DNA of 64,000 nucleotides from Bacillota bacterium (GCA_050952625.1 JBMNLH010000001.1:32001-96000), one strand, 5' to 3'; positions 46,425 to 57,817 are shown, counted from the first letter of the stretch. Notes: a model not told the origin generated them from the letters alone. Numbers and translations: made by a program.

Positions 46425-46901
46425 CTAGGAATTGCTTAATTCATTAAAGTACTTATTGTTTGTTTTTTCCTCGTTTAAACCCAGCCACTCAATAATGAGG
46501 GCATGCATTGATTCGATCACCTTAGCGGTTTCCAGGCCAAGTTTATTTGCTTCGTCTATACTGTTTTGCAATCGGTCAGTTGGCCAGTAAACATAACCAT
46601 CCTGCGGACCACGATACTTAGCTTCGTCAACGATTTTCAAAACCGCTGGATCGGTTATTTTTTTTCGGCCTCGTTGCAATATTTGGATAGTAGTTGGGTT
46701 AATATTAGCAAAAACATAAAACATTTCACGGGTGACGCTGTTACCCATTATCCTGATTTCCCGCTCTACTCTAACTTGGGAGTAAGGACAGCCATCACCC
46801 CAGAGACCTAGAATTAGTTCTCTCCTTTCTTTTTCAGGCTTCTTTTTCATATTATCCCTCCTACCAAGCATACCGTTTTCCCAATTTTCCGAATATAACA
46901 T
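46425..46901 (-). CDS. hypothetical protein (true start probably the ATG near 46850)
   Basis: ORF with GGAGG upstream of MKKKP. Confidence 0.5.
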   Translation of the reverse strand: MLYSENWENGMLGRRDNMKKKPEKERRELILGLWGDGCPYSQVRVEREIRIMGNSVTREMFYVFANINPTTIQILQRGRKKITDPAVLKIVDEAKYRGPQDGYVYWPTDRLQNSIDEANKLGLETAKVIESMHALIIEWLGLNEEKTNNKYFNELSNS

Positions 46902-47082
46902 TCGATATTACTGGCTAAGTTTCCTTCTGGTTGAAGAATATTTTTGTGAATTTTTTGACGATAATTCCCATATGATTGGTTTTCGTCCCAAGACCGGGGT
47001 CTCATTTTTATTAAAAACACCCTAATTTTGGTGTAATTTCTGGGAAATCAGGAGGAAATCATTTGTACCCGTCGAACTTAGG

Positions 47083-48213
47083 TTGAATGAAAGTAGAGAA
47101 GGACATAAATCTTGGAATGAATTGGAGAGGTTTATGAGGAAAATAAGGACTGCAGAAATATCACCGGGAATGATCTTGGCCAAAGATGTCTTTTCCCATG
47201 AGAACATTCTATTTCTGGCCCAGGGAATTGAATTAACCACGAGTCATCGAGAAGCATTAATCTCACAAGGTGTAGAATATGTCCATATTTGCCTTTCGGA
47301 ACCGAGCCAAGAAGAAAGCTTGCGGGACAATAAGATTAACTTACAGGAAAAACGCTTTGAAAAGACCTATTGGGAAGCAATCCATAGAATCGAATCTGTT
47401 ATCAAGCAGCTAATCTATCAACAAAGACTGGTTGAAGCAGAATTAAGAGATGCAGCGCAGAATCTCTTTCCACTTATATCGGCTGATTCAAATGTTTTGT
47501 ATCTACTGAAAAAAGCCAAGCAGCAGAGTGATTCAATTTTTACCCATTTAATAGGAGTAGGCGTCTTTTCCATGCTGTTAGGAAAGTGGCTAAATTATAA
47601 TGAATCTTCCCTGGTCGAGGTTGGACTAGCGGGGATTATCCATGATATAGGCAAATGTTATGTTCCCTTTCAGATATTAAATAAACAGGGCTCTTTAAGT
47701 CCAGAGGAATGCAGACTGCTGAAAAAGCACACTGAATACGGTTTTAACCTTGCCCTGGAGTCAGACATTAGAAGTGTTGCAATTTTATCGGCTATTCTGC
47801 AGCACCATGAACGATTAGATGGCAGCGGCTATCCTTTTGGTTTACGCGGCAGTCAAATCAATGAAGCGGCCCGGGTGGTGATGGTTGCCGATATTTTTGA
47901 GGCCATGTTGGCTAATCGGTCTTATCGAAAAGGCTTAACCTCTTTGGCGGTAATTGAAGAAATAAGATTACTGACTTACGGAAAACTGGACCCGACTATA
48001 ACCACTGCTTTCTTGTATCGGATAATTGATAGTCTTATCGGCTGTCGAGTCAAGCTTAGCAATGGGGCAATTGGAGAGATTATTTATATTGATCGCCATC
48101 GCCCCAATCAACCAATGGTTAAGGCCGGGAATCAAATCTATGACCTGCGGACGATCCATAGCCTGACGATTATCGAGGAGTTTGTTGACGGGGACACGCC
48201 ATCAATTGCGTAG
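47083..48213 (+). CDS. HD-GYP domain phosphodiesterase-like protein
   Basis: IHDIGK, HHERLDGSGYPFGL. Confidence 0.9.
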   Translation: MNESREGHKSWNELERFMRKIRTAEISPGMILAKDVFSHENILFLAQGIELTTSHREALISQGVEYVHICLSEPSQEESLRDNKINLQEKRFEKTYWEAIHRIESVIKQLIYQQRLVEAELRDAAQNLFPLISADSNVLYLLKKAKQQSDSIFTHLIGVGVFSMLLGKWLNYNESSLVEVGLAGIIHDIGKCYVPFQILNKQGSLSPEECRLLKKHTEYGFNLALESDIRSVAILSAILQHHERLDGSGYPFGLRGSQINEAARVVMVADIFEAMLANRSYRKGLTSLAVIEEIRLLTYGKLDPTITTAFLYRIIDSLIGCRVKLSNGAIGEIIYIDRHRPNQPMVKAGNQIYDLRTIHSLTIIEEFVDGDTPSIA

Positions 48214-48344
48214 CTCCTCTTTTTTTGTATCCACTTTGGATGCCTGGATGAGCAACTTAAGCGATTTTCTGGAAGTCTTAGGAATAAGGCTTTTCGGTTA
48301 AGTCAATACTTTAATGTAGAGAAGATTGGAGGTGAATTATTTTT

Positions 48345-49262
48345 ATGTTTTCCGCCGGAGTTGCCCCTTTGGGTAACGAAAAAGAAATTGATCAGGAAAA
48401 TTTGGAGGCAAATATTGACTTTGAACACAACTTACCCGATATAGAATCGGAAACTGATTCTAAAAAAGTTGCGCCTGAAAGAGTTTTTGGCGGTTGGGAT
48501 GTCCTGGATCCGCTGTTAAAGCAGCTTATATTGGAGAATAATGAATTGCCGCGTAAAGAACGGCAGCCGATTATTAACTTGCTAAAAGAATTTGCCTTGG
48601 CGCACCATAAATCATTACGCAGCGTTCAGGCTCGTTACTATCAGGTAATTAAGAAGGAGTTGGATAAAGAAAAAAGAGCTGAAGAGATAGAAGATATAGA
48701 GAATCGAACGGTGGAAACGGTCCAAATGCTTCCTTGTAATTACCCTAAAGTTGGTGACATTGTAAATGCGCGAGTCGTCAACCTTATTGATTACGGAGTT
48801 TTTATGGAAACGGATACTGGTTATACTGGCTTTTTGCGCATGGGTGATGTCACCTCTGATGAATGGCTTTCTGGCCGAAACGATTTGGAACGCTATTTTT
48901 ACCAGGGTGAGAAGGTTAAAGTCAAGGTTATTAAGGTAGTTGACGATAAAATCTACTTTTCAACCAAGGCTATTGGAGGCAAGAAGCCGCATCGTCTGGA
49001 ACAGCCAAATATTATTGGGCTAAAGATTGCCAAAGGGAGTCCTGTTGAAGCAGAACTTAATGAACTAGTAAGATTGCTTACATCCAGGGTTGGCCCGGTT
49101 TCAGAAGCCTGTAAGTCCGTCTTAAGTGAATTGCTTTTAACTTATGGACCGGTTCGGGTAACGGCCAGAATTTTAGAAGGCTTAGCTGAATTTGATCAGG
49201 GCTTTTGGTTGGCACGTCAAGCCAAAGACTATTTGGACGGAGAATTTAATCGACTGAATTAG
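48345..49262 (+). CDS. S1 RNA-binding domain protein
   Basis: KVGDIVNARVVNLIDYGVFM...G.KVKVKVIKV...IYFSTK. Confidence 0.75.
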   Translation: MFSAGVAPLGNEKEIDQENLEANIDFEHNLPDIESETDSKKVAPERVFGGWDVLDPLLKQLILENNELPRKERQPIINLLKEFALAHHKSLRSVQARYYQVIKKELDKEKRAEEIEDIENRTVETVQMLPCNYPKVGDIVNARVVNLIDYGVFMETDTGYTGFLRMGDVTSDEWLSGRNDLERYFYQGEKVKVKVIKVVDDKIYFSTKAIGGKKPHRLEQPNIIGLKIAKGSPVEAELNELVRLLTSRVGPVSEACKSVLSELLLTYGPVRVTARILEGLAEFDQGFWLARQAKDYLDGEFNRLN

Positions 49263-49389
49263 ACTGAATTAACTAAGAAAAAGTTAATTAATCCGGTAAT
49301 AACAAGAAGGCTTAAAGCCCTAACTGGGTCTGTTAAGCCTTCTTAATCTGAGTTCAAAAGCCCTTTACTTCGTAAGTGAGGGTTACCTA

Positions 49390-50007
49390 CTAATCTAAAG
49401 GCACTAACTCAGCTTTGATCGGGGGCTGTTCGCTTTGATAAGATGTCCACCAGGGGTGGCCTTTTTCCCAGACACAGCTTCTTCCTTTTTCTTGATTTAG
49501 AATTACTGAATTTGGCTGAGTTAACCGGTGACCAGATAATTGTTTCTGACTGGAACTGATATCAAAAAATTCAAGACTATACAAGGAACATTCCCAAAAC
49601 TCATTTAGAGCAATATCCGGTTGATTATCAGCGTTAAAAGTACTGCCCCCGATTATTTGTAAATCATCTGAGTAATTAACGGTTAATTTTTGGATACCCG
49701 GAAAGAGTTCGCAACCGTTGCGGTCATAGACTTCCAGGTGCCAGAGGTTATCCCCCAAAATTTGGTGAGTCAGGGTCATCTCCAGCTCATTGACGAGCAG
49801 CCAAGGCGGGTCATTATGCTTTATGTGGTCTGCCCGTTGATAGACCTTAACCTGCCACTTATCGCCATCATCCCAGTCTGGTTTGGGTGAAATCAACCAG
49901 TTAAAGCCAAGGTACAGAACACCAAGCATCACGACTAAGCCTAAACCATACCCAATCCATTTTCTTGGTAATTTTAAGTTAATTGTTTTGAAAAGTTCCA
50001 TTCTCAT
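49390..50007 (-). CDS. membrane-anchored hypothetical protein
   Basis: N-terminal TM helix; coupled to the upstream gene. Confidence 0.55.
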   Translation of the reverse strand: MRMELFKTINLKLPRKWIGYGLGLVVMLGVLYLGFNWLISPKPDWDDGDKWQVKVYQRADHIKHNDPPWLLVNELEMTLTHQILGDNLWHLEVYDRNGCELFPGIQKLTVNYSDDLQIIGGSTFNADNQPDIALNEFWECSLYSLEFFDISSSQKQLSGHRLTQPNSVILNQEKGRSCVWEKGHPWWTSYQSEQPPIKAELVPLD

Positions 50008-50008
50008 C

Positions 50009-51160
50009 TTACCCCCTTCCGCTAATTATTTGGTCAATCAGTCTTCGACTTAGGACCTGGTGCTGGGTAGCTGAAGCCGGATACCAGAGAAAATCAGGAT
50101 GATCCCGGCGACTGTCACCCACGGTATTCCATCCGCCATCAATGGACCTTTCCCAGCCGCCGGCTGTTGGACGACGCTGATCGCCAGTGATCCAGTAATA
50201 GTAAACCTTCATTGAGGATCTAGTGCCCTGGTAATCTGGATGGGCCGTATAAGCAAACCAGACTCGGCAACGGACATGGGTGCGGTCCGGCTGGTTTCGG
50301 TCCGGCTGGTACTCCATTTGGTAACGGTAAGCCGGGTAGTTCCAGATTTGCGGACTGTTGGTTTCTTGCGTCCCGCCTCGGATATCCATAATTATGGGTC
50401 GGCGTTTCTCACCAATAAAGTCAATCAGCACGCGGTGAAACTGGTGGGGGTAGATATCGTCAATATCATCCCCGGGGCCGTCATAGCGGCTCCCATAAAA
50501 CGCGACCGCCGGGTCCCACCAGTGCCATTCCGCCAAAAGCCCTTTCATATCGCTCGGGTTAAATTGAATTCCGGCCAGGGTCCGTGCGCTTTGGGGTTCG
50601 GGTTCCAAGACGGAGGCGGCGGCCCAGCCATTGCAATGACCAAACCATTCTTCACCTGGTCCATCAGCGTAATGATGCTGCCTTTCCCAGGCGCGGCTTT
50701 CTGGATTAGGCAATCCCTGGGCGACAGCGAGAGCATCATATTTGTCCATGGGCCCTCGGGGATCATAAAGGTGATAAGGCAAACTAACGTGGAATGGCCA
50801 CCACCAACCAGACCAAGGTAAGTTTTGCACTTCTCCTTGATAGATAAGGTTTCCGGGATCGGTTTGAGTTGTAATGAGCTCTGGATTTAAGGGATCGGTC
50901 TGAGTCGTAAGCAGTTCAGGGTTTAAGGGATCGGTTTGAGTCGTAAGGAGTTCAGGGTTTAAGGGATCGGTCTGAGCGGACGGCACAACTTCTGGCGGTG
51001 GGTCAAAGTTAAGGACATTACCGTACCAAAGTGCCAGGCAAATCAGGCAAATGCCCGTGATGCTCAATATGGCAACCTTGGCTATCGCTGGAATACTCTT
51101 TAAAGCAGGTAGGAAAGAAGGTTTTTTTCGTTCCATTAGCTCACGCCTCCATAAAATCAT
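50009..51160 (-). CDS. membrane-anchored transglutaminase-elicitor-like protein
   Basis: PWSGWWWP, P.DKYD, WFGHCNGWAAAS...PEP, D.KGLL, IWNYP. Confidence 0.6.
   Translation of the reverse strand: MILWRRELMERKKPSFLPALKSIPAIAKVAILSITGICLICLALWYGNVLNFDPPPEVVPSAQTDPLNPELLTTQTDPLNPELLTTQTDPLNPELITTQTDPGNLIYQGEVQNLPWSGWWWPFHVSLPYHLYDPRGPMDKYDALAVAQGLPNPESRAWERQHHYADGPGEEWFGHCNGWAAASVLEPEPQSARTLAGIQFNPSDMKGLLAEWHWWDPAVAFYGSRYDGPGDDIDDIYPHQFHRVLIDFIGEKRRPIIMDIRGGTQETNSPQIWNYPAYRYQMEYQPDRNQPDRTHVRCRVWFAYTAHPDYQGTRSSMKVYYYWITGDQRRPTAGGWERSIDGGWNTVGDSRRDHPDFLWYPASATQHQVLSRRLIDQIISGRG
50855..50976 (-). repeat. 36-bp coding tandem repeat (QTDPLNPELLTT, ~3.3 copies)
   Basis: gggatcgg at 50855, 50891, 50927 and 50963. 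Confidence 0.9.
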
Positions 51161-51211
51161 CCTTTCTTAGAATTTATTACGCTAACTTAAAACTTAGAAT
51201 AAATTATTAAA

Positions 51212-52567
51212 CTAGTTAGTGTCCGACTGGACAACTGGCTTCATCTTTTCCAATGGAACGAGTAAGAGGTACCCCCAGGTTAGGATAATGCTCAAGGTAG
51301 CACTGGCGACAATTGCCCACCAGATGCCGGCTGCTCCCATTCCGAGCACATTTGCCAGATAATGGGCCCCCGGAACCCGGATAATCCAGAGAGTGATAAT
51401 GGAGATGATCGTTGGAGGCATGACCGCCCCGGCTCCTCGTAAGATACCGCTTAAGGCAAAGGTCCAGCCTAAAGGAAAGTAAGATAGGCTTATTATGCGT
51501 AAATACCGAACACCTTCCGCGATAACCTCCGGTTCACTGACAAACATGGCGATCAGGTAGCGGGCAAAAACATAAAACAGAACCGAAACACTTAGGGCCA
51601 AGACGCCGACAATCAGACTGGAAGCCCGAATGATGTGCTTGATTCGGTCACCTTTTTGAGCCCCGATATGCTGGCCGGTAACTGTACTGGTGGCCATGGA
51701 AATCGCCTGAAACGGAGTCATGATCAAAGCGTCTATTCGGGTACCGGCCGCGAAAGCCGCCATAACGGTTGTACCCAAGCTGTTGACCACGGAGCTAACC
51801 ACTAGCATGCCGACTGAGACGGCAAATTGTTGAATACCAAAGGGGAGTCCCAGCCTAATAACGGTTCCGGTAAGCTGACGATCATAGGTAAAAGAAAAGA
51901 CTGAGAGCGAGCTACTTTGTTTTTTTAAGTAATTGGCTCCCAGGAAGAATAACAAGGCCTGAGAACACAATGTTGCGACAGCAGCCCCGCTGACTCCCCA
52001 TTTAAACACAATGATAAAAAGAGGGGTGAGCAGGGCATTTAGGAACAAAGAATAAACTAAAAAATATAAGGGGGTCTTGGTGTCGCCGAATCCCCGCAGT
52101 AATCCCACGACCAAGTTATAGCTTAAAATAAAGTAGAAGCCTAGAAAAAAGATATTCAAGTAGTTTTTGGCCAGGGGAAAAACTTCAGCCGGGGTTTGGA
52201 CCAGCCTCAATAGCGGCCCGCTGACGAGAATGCCCAGAATCGTTAAAACTACTGCACTTACTGTCACCAAGGTATTTGAATTATCCATCAACTTTTTCAG
52301 GTCATCAAAGCGACGAGCCCCCACATACTGCGAGACCAGGATACTAACGGCCATGGAAAAGCCAATAACGACTGAGATGATAATAAAAATGATAAAAATA
52401 CTGCCTGAAACAGCGGCCAGTGCTTCTGAGCCCACGAAGCGACCTAACCAAATGCTGTTGATGACATTGTTTAGATTCTGCAGCAAACTGCCAAGCAGTA
52501 GGGGCAGGGAGAAGTTGATTATATTTTTTAATAAATTGCCTTCGGTTAGGTCCCAGTGTTTTTCCAT
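51212..52567 (-). CDS. MATE family efflux transporter
   Basis: DLTEG, LRGFGDTKTPL, GVSGAAVAT, 12 TMs. Confidence 0.9.
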   Translation of the reverse strand: MEKHWDLTEGNLLKNIINFSLPLLLGSLLQNLNNVINSIWLGRFVGSEALAAVSGSIFIIFIIISVVIGFSMAVSILVSQYVGARRFDDLKKLMDNSNTLVTVSAVVLTILGILVSGPLLRLVQTPAEVFPLAKNYLNIFFLGFYFILSYNLVVGLLRGFGDTKTPLYFLVYSLFLNALLTPLFIIVFKWGVSGAAVATLCSQALLFFLGANYLKKQSSSLSVFSFTYDRQLTGTVIRLGLPFGIQQFAVSVGMLVVSSVVNSLGTTVMAAFAAGTRIDALIMTPFQAISMATSTVTGQHIGAQKGDRIKHIIRASSLIVGVLALSVSVLFYVFARYLIAMFVSEPEVIAEGVRYLRIISLSYFPLGWTFALSGILRGAGAVMPPTIISIITLWIIRVPGAHYLANVLGMGAAGIWWAIVASATLSIILTWGYLLLVPLEKMKPVVQSDTN

Positions 52568-52759
52568 CAGTTTAGCCTTTCTCTCCGACCGAGTTCCTTG
52601 CTAAATTATACCCGTTGTCGAGTGATCTGTATATGCTCCAATAAATTCGAGGCAGATCCTATTCCGTTAAGCAGTATCAAGGCAGTATCTTATTTATTTC
52701 TGTTTCTAGAACATGTGTTAAAATAAATAGTATCAACGACTTGGAGGCAGGCGAGATTA

Positions 52760-53308
52760 ATGTGGGACAAAATAAGTAGATTTTATCCGCCCTGGTTAGA
52801 GATTTTTCCCCTGGCATTGGTGGTTTTTGCTCTGCTTTATACCAACGCCTGGTATGATGCTTTACCATCAACTGTCCCCACCCATTTTGGGGCCGACGGT
52901 CAGCCGGATGGCTGGAGCAGTAAAAGCTTTGTCAGTGTTTATTTACTTCCGCTGACCAACTTATTTATTTATCTAATGATGGTCTTTATTAACCTCTTTT
53001 TAATTATCCGGCCAGATGACCCGAGACGAGTGGTCAATTTAATGGAGAAAGAGAAAGATGCTTTGGGTCCGGAACGTCTGGAAGCCATTCGGACCTTTAC
53101 GGCGCGGGGACTTTGGCTAATTAATACTTTAACGATTGGTTGCCTGGCTTATCTGACTTACGGCAGCATCAATGTCGGCCTAGGCCGGCAGGAAGGCTTG
53201 GGCTGGGTGATGTGGGTATTTTTTGGGGCCTTTATCATCGTCAGCCTGGGGATGACCATTAAGGTTTTGGCTTTATCTAGCCCGCCTACCTCGAAAAAAG
53301 GCACTTAG
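52760..53308 (+). CDS. DUF1648 membrane protein
   Basis: LPSTVPTHFGADGQPDGW. Confidence 0.8.
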   Translation: MWDKISRFYPPWLEIFPLALVVFALLYTNAWYDALPSTVPTHFGADGQPDGWSSKSFVSVYLLPLTNLFIYLMMVFINLFLIIRPDDPRRVVNLMEKEKDALGPERLEAIRTFTARGLWLINTLTIGCLAYLTYGSINVGLGRQEGLGWVMWVFFGAFIIVSLGMTIKVLALSSPPTSKKGT

Positions 53309-53552
53309 AGATCGGCTTGTGTTTTATTCGGTCCAAAAAAATAACCCGGCAAAGTGGGGGCGATTGGTTGGTCCTCTATTCGAGAGGCGACCCCTGCCTC
53401 TAGACTATTGTGTTGAACATAGTCAGGAGGCAGCCTACAAACGCTTGACTCAATTGGTTTGGGAAAATTTGAGACTGGAACTAATCTATTAATGGAACTT
53501 TGCTGTTAAGACCAATTAATGAAACGAAATAGTGGCCTACCGCCGGCTATCG

Positions 53553-53672
53553 CTACTTGAGGATGAAATTAAGCAGCGGGTAGCCAATAGACAATAACAC
53601 GATCACCAGAATTAGGGCCCCAAACGTGAAAGCAATAAATTGGGATGATCGATCGTACCGTTTATTCAGCAA
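53553..53672 (-). CDS. possible 39-aa membrane peptide
   Basis: GGAGGTG RBS then TTG; LLNKRYDRSSQFIAFTFGALILVIVLLSIGYPLLNFILK. Confidence 0.35.
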   Translation of the reverse strand: MLNKRYDRSSQFIAFTFGALILVIVLLSIGYPLLNFILK

Positions 53673-54000
53673 TTAACATCCACCTCCAGGAAAAAGTTGT
53701 TCAGAAAGAAGTTTTTCAGTTAATCATTAATCAGTTCTATTTCTTTATAGACGGGTTAGATTCCTGCTTTGTGAGGCATTTCTCTTAGGGATGCTTGTGT
53801 TTTAACTCGGTCATACCATAAGAAAAGCTGTTAACGTTTAAACGTTAACAGCTTTTCTAGCTAAGCATAGGAAACCTGTACCCCTTGGCAACAAAAGTTA
53901 TTTCAATAAACCCGTTCGGTATAACCGATCAGGTTCGGTTTAAATACTTGGTTGATTAACCTAGGGAATTAACCTTGTCTTATGCCAGATCCTGCTTGGA

Positions 54001-54291
54001 TTAATAACTGGAAGCACTCCTAAAGCAGTTCCAGCAATAAACCGGACGGTCACCTCGCGGTTTAAAGGGTACCTGAGTTTCACAACCACAACTGCTGCAA
54101 ATTACATCGAACATTTCTCTTTCGGAATTAAACGACCGGTTGGCTTGACCTCTGCGATTTCGTCGGCACTCAGGGCACCGTGCTGGCAGATTTTGAAATC
54201 CCTTTTCCGCATAAAACTCTTGCTCGCCTACTGTGAATACAAAATCGTTGCCACAGTCTCTGCATTGTAACACCTTGTCTTCGAATTCCAC
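54001..54291 (-). CDS. zinc-ribbon / CxxC-x17-CxxC protein
   Basis: DKVLQCRDCG..FVFTVGEQEFY..KG...P.RCPEC; C..C..VPFKP...RPVYC..C. Confidence 0.85.
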   Translation of the reverse strand: MEFEDKVLQCRDCGNDFVFTVGEQEFYAEKGFQNLPARCPECRRNRRGQANRSFNSEREMFDVICSSCGCETQVPFKPRGDRPVYCWNCFRSASSY

Positions 54292-54643
54292 TGGATGATC
54301 CCCTTTCCAAATAAAGCTCCTCCTGAATATAACCACCACGTTCAGCTTTACCTAAAAAGGGGTAAGAGTGAACTAGATGATTTGGAAGGCCAATATTAAT
54401 ATTATCACCTTAATCTAAAATTGTAAAACCCAAAATACCTCGATTTTTCGACAGTCAGCCTATGCTTGTTCGGGAAAAATCTTCTCGGAAAAGGCTAAGA
54501 ATAGTGTATACTATATTAAACTATTTAAGAAATAAAGCGACGCTTGTGTTATACTGGCAGACTTGACTGGGATCGACAATAATTATAGATTTTCCAGTGA
54601 TCAACGAAACTTTAACGAACCTTTTGAGGATGGTAGATTGACA

Positions 54644-55974
54644 ATGAAAGAAATCCCCCACAATGCTTCCAATCCCCCGGCAACTGGCCCTGGTCGTGTT
54701 CGCTACCTTCTCTCTGCGGTCTTGTTAATTACCATAACCATTCATTATTTGCAACGGGTAAACATTAGTATCCTGCTGGCGGATCCTCAGTTTCTAGCCG
54801 ACCTGGGGTTAACCGGGGAAACAGCCAAACAGGGATTGCTGATGACTTTTTTTTTATTGCTCTATGCGCTCACTAATTTTATTGCCGGTCCGCTAGGGGA
54901 TCGGTTTGGCCCCCGGCGGATTATGGCCCTCGGCGTGTTCGTATCAGCGGGATAGCCATGGTCGTGGGCGGGGTAGCTTCCGCTTTTGGGATCATGCTTT
55001 TTGCGCGGATCCTGCTAGGAATAGGGAATGGGATCCATTATCCAGCCCAAGGCGTGTTTGTCCGACGCTGGTTTCCGCCCTGGGAAAGAGGAAAAGCGAA
55101 TGCCATCAATAGTATCGGCAGTAATCTAGGGCCGATTTTGGCGATGCCGTTGTTTGTTTTAATTGCCAATAATTGGGGATGGGAGGCTTGCTTTTTTTCA
55201 GTCGCCTTATTGGGCTTGCTAGTGGCTTTGCCCGGAGTCTGGTTTCTAACCAGTGACTTGCCAGAAAAAAGTCCGTTTATTGGCGCAGCCGAAAAGGATT
55301 ACCTGCATAAAAATGTGGGAGGGAGTTTGCCCGGCGGCCAGGTGGCTAGAACACCATTTAGAGTGCAAGTGGGAAAAGTCTTGGAAATTCCTTGGCTAGG
55401 CATGTATATTGTTACCTATGCCTCTTTTCTTTCAATCTGGTTTGGGCTGCTGACCTGGCTGCCGCAGTATTTTACCATGGCTAGAGGCATTTCTTTTAAA
55501 ACCATGGGTTTTGTATCATCTCTTCCCTACATTTTAGGGATCATTGGGTTGACTTTTGCTGGCGTTGTTTCGGATCGAATTGGCCGGCGCGCCCCCTTCG
55601 TGGTTGTCGCTTTGGCGGGCTCTGCCAGCCTGTTGTACTGGGCCGCCGCCACCTCACAGATCTATCCCTGTATTATCTTAGTATCCTTGGCGACCGGTGT
55701 GCTCTCTCTTTTTATGGGGGTATTTTGGGCGATGGTCCAGACCCTCCTGCCGATTAATCTAGTCGGTTTAGGGGTGGGGATGATTTCTGGAGTTGGCAAC
55801 TTTATTTCTGCGCTAACCCCCCTAATTATCGGCGGTTTAATTCAGCTGACCGGCAGCTATTTAGCCGGGATCCTGTACTTGGTGGTCTTTGGTTTGGTGG
55901 GCGCAGTTTGCAGTTGGGTTTTAGTTCGGGAAGAAAAAAAGACCTTTCAGGTCAAGACAGTCGGGGTAAACTAA
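54644..55974 (+). CDS. MFS transporter (anion:cation symporter-like); frameshift near 54950
   Basis: R.NIS and GDRFGPRR in the first ORF; WFP..ERGKA and SDRIGRR in the second. Confidence 0.8.
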
Positions 55975-55977
55975 GAA

Positions 55978-56436
55978 TCATCGAGGCATTCGGCCGGTTA
56001 CCTCAAGGTATTTGCGATGCAGCCAGTGAATCGATCTGACCGGTTCAGCAAACATTAGAATACACCAGCCATAAACCAGCACCAAGTTGTTCTGTAATCC
56101 GACTTGGACCGCCTCCTCAGACACAGCTCCTGGCTGCAGCCAGATTGCTTCAATACCCTGTGTGATCAGATCCTGGATTAGGGTCCGATTCTCGCTGGCT
56201 GGGGTGACGACGACGGCTGCTTTGGGTGCTTGCGGAATACTGGAAACTGAGCCGTAGTAGGTTAAACCGTTATAAGTTCCAGGAAAACGGTTAACCGGGA
56301 AAGCCGAGTAGCCGCCCTTTTTGAGATGATTATAGGTCTGCCAGCCGAATCCTTTTTGGTTTCGGGAGACGCCAATAACTGCATACTCAGGGTAACTCAT
56401 GAATTGATTGATACTATCCAGGCTAGAAGCAGACAA
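55978..56436 (-). CDS. CoA-binding domain protein
   Basis: AVIGVS, PVN, IWLQPG, C.LM. Confidence 0.8.
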   Translation of the reverse strand: MSASSLDSINQFMSYPEYAVIGVSRNQKGFGWQTYNHLKKGGYSAFPVNRFPGTYNGLTYYGSVSSIPQAPKAAVVVTPASENRTLIQDLITQGIEAIWLQPGAVSEEAVQVGLQNNLVLVYGWCILMFAEPVRSIHWLHRKYLEVTGRMPR

Positions 56437-56539
56437 ACTATTCCCTCCTAATCATAATTTTATTAACAATTTAAATTAAATGTATTAATCAAAAAGCCGT
56501 AACAATTCGATTTGCTACGACTTTTTTACCTATTTATGA

Positions 56540-56894
56540 TGAGTAAACCTGTAAGCGGAGTTCTGTCCCTCTAACGAGGTGATGATCATCTATCTGGGAT
56601 GCCAGTTGCCTGACACCTCAAGCGACCTACCCGGAAGCGGAGCGGGCAACTCCATCGCTTCTCTATTCGGTCTTGCTCCGGGTGGGGTTTACCGAGCCAG
56701 CCAGTCGCCTGACTGCTGGTGAGCTCTTACCTCACCTTTCCACCCTTACCGGTGTAAACCGGCGGTTTGTTTCTGTGGCACTTGCCTTAAGGTCACCCTC
56801 ACTGGGCGTTACCCAGCACCCTGCCCTGTGGAGCTCCGACTTTCCTCGAACACAGCCTTTCGGCTTTTGTGCCCGCAATCATCCAGTTTACTCA
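56540..56894 (-). ncRNA. rnpB: RNase P RNA (class A)
   Basis: Minus strand GAGGAAAGTC, AGTGCCACAGAAA, GGTAAACCCCAC..GAGCAA, ACAGAACTCCGCTTA; ends pair (gagtaaac/gtttactc). Confidence 0.95.
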
Positions 56895-57190
56895 CCTGAT
56901 TCAGTGATTTAACGCCAATATAGATTAGCATATGGAAAAGATGTTGTCAAGGAGACTTTCATTACTATTTGTGCCGCCAGCGGTCGCGGCGGAATGGAGG
57001 TTACTATGAAATGATATCCTTGGTTAAAAAAGGATAGTTTTCTTAAAGGCGAGGGTATTGCTAGCTGATGAGAAGTGAAAAAATCCTGATGGCAATCAAA
57101 AACGAGAAGGAATGGTCCAAACGACGTCGAATTATATACATTCTAGAAAGCAATTATTGTCACAATTTGTAGCAGGTTGGGGGACGGAAG

Positions 57191-57547
57191 ATGATTAATG
57201 AAAAACAAAAAGATCCAACTAATCAGTCGGTTAGTGATTTGACCAGATTTGGCCGTCGGCACATTAAGGTTATTGGCGAGTCAACCTTGGCCAACTTGGA
57301 GATAAAATTAAAAGATTGGTTGCAAGAAGGACACATTGTGCGACATCTTCAAATTGATCATTTGCCCGAACAACCGTCCTGCGAAAAGTGGCAAGCCATT
57401 GTGACTTACTATATAAACAATGGGGCGGATCGGCCGCCCAAGCGCAAGTGTTACCGGTGCCTTGACCGGGATGGATGTCCGCGCTATCAGGCATATCTGC
57501 AACGCAAAGAGGAGTATAACCACTTTACAAATTCTTCATGTAATTAA
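57191..57547 (+). CDS. hypothetical protein with a C-terminal Cys cluster
   Basis: 118-aa ORF with a SigH-like promoter upstream. Confidence 0.5.
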   Translation: MINEKQKDPTNQSVSDLTRFGRRHIKVIGESTLANLEIKLKDWLQEGHIVRHLQIDHLPEQPSCEKWQAIVTYYINNGADRPPKRKCYRCLDRDGCPRYQAYLQRKEEYNHFTNSSCN

Positions 57548-57817
57548 TTAAATAATAGCCGAGGATAGCGGCAATTGGAATGGTAATAATATGAATAATC
57601 CACCAGCGTCCAGCAGATATTGTCAACCATTTTATGTATTGACTCAATCAAGACACCCCTTGGTATTTTGTTTTCGCAGTATTAATGATGAATTGATTGC
57701 GCGCCGTTTTTAATGAAGGTCAGTGATTGGCGGTTTGCCTAAAGAGTAGAATTCTGGTAAGTTGTTTAGCTTTTAGGAGTCCTTCCATCATGGGAGGACT
57801 CCTATGGGTTAACCTAT

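Noticed and set aside
56673-56912. 79-aa ORF
   Set aside because: Lies antisense to rnpB; spurious
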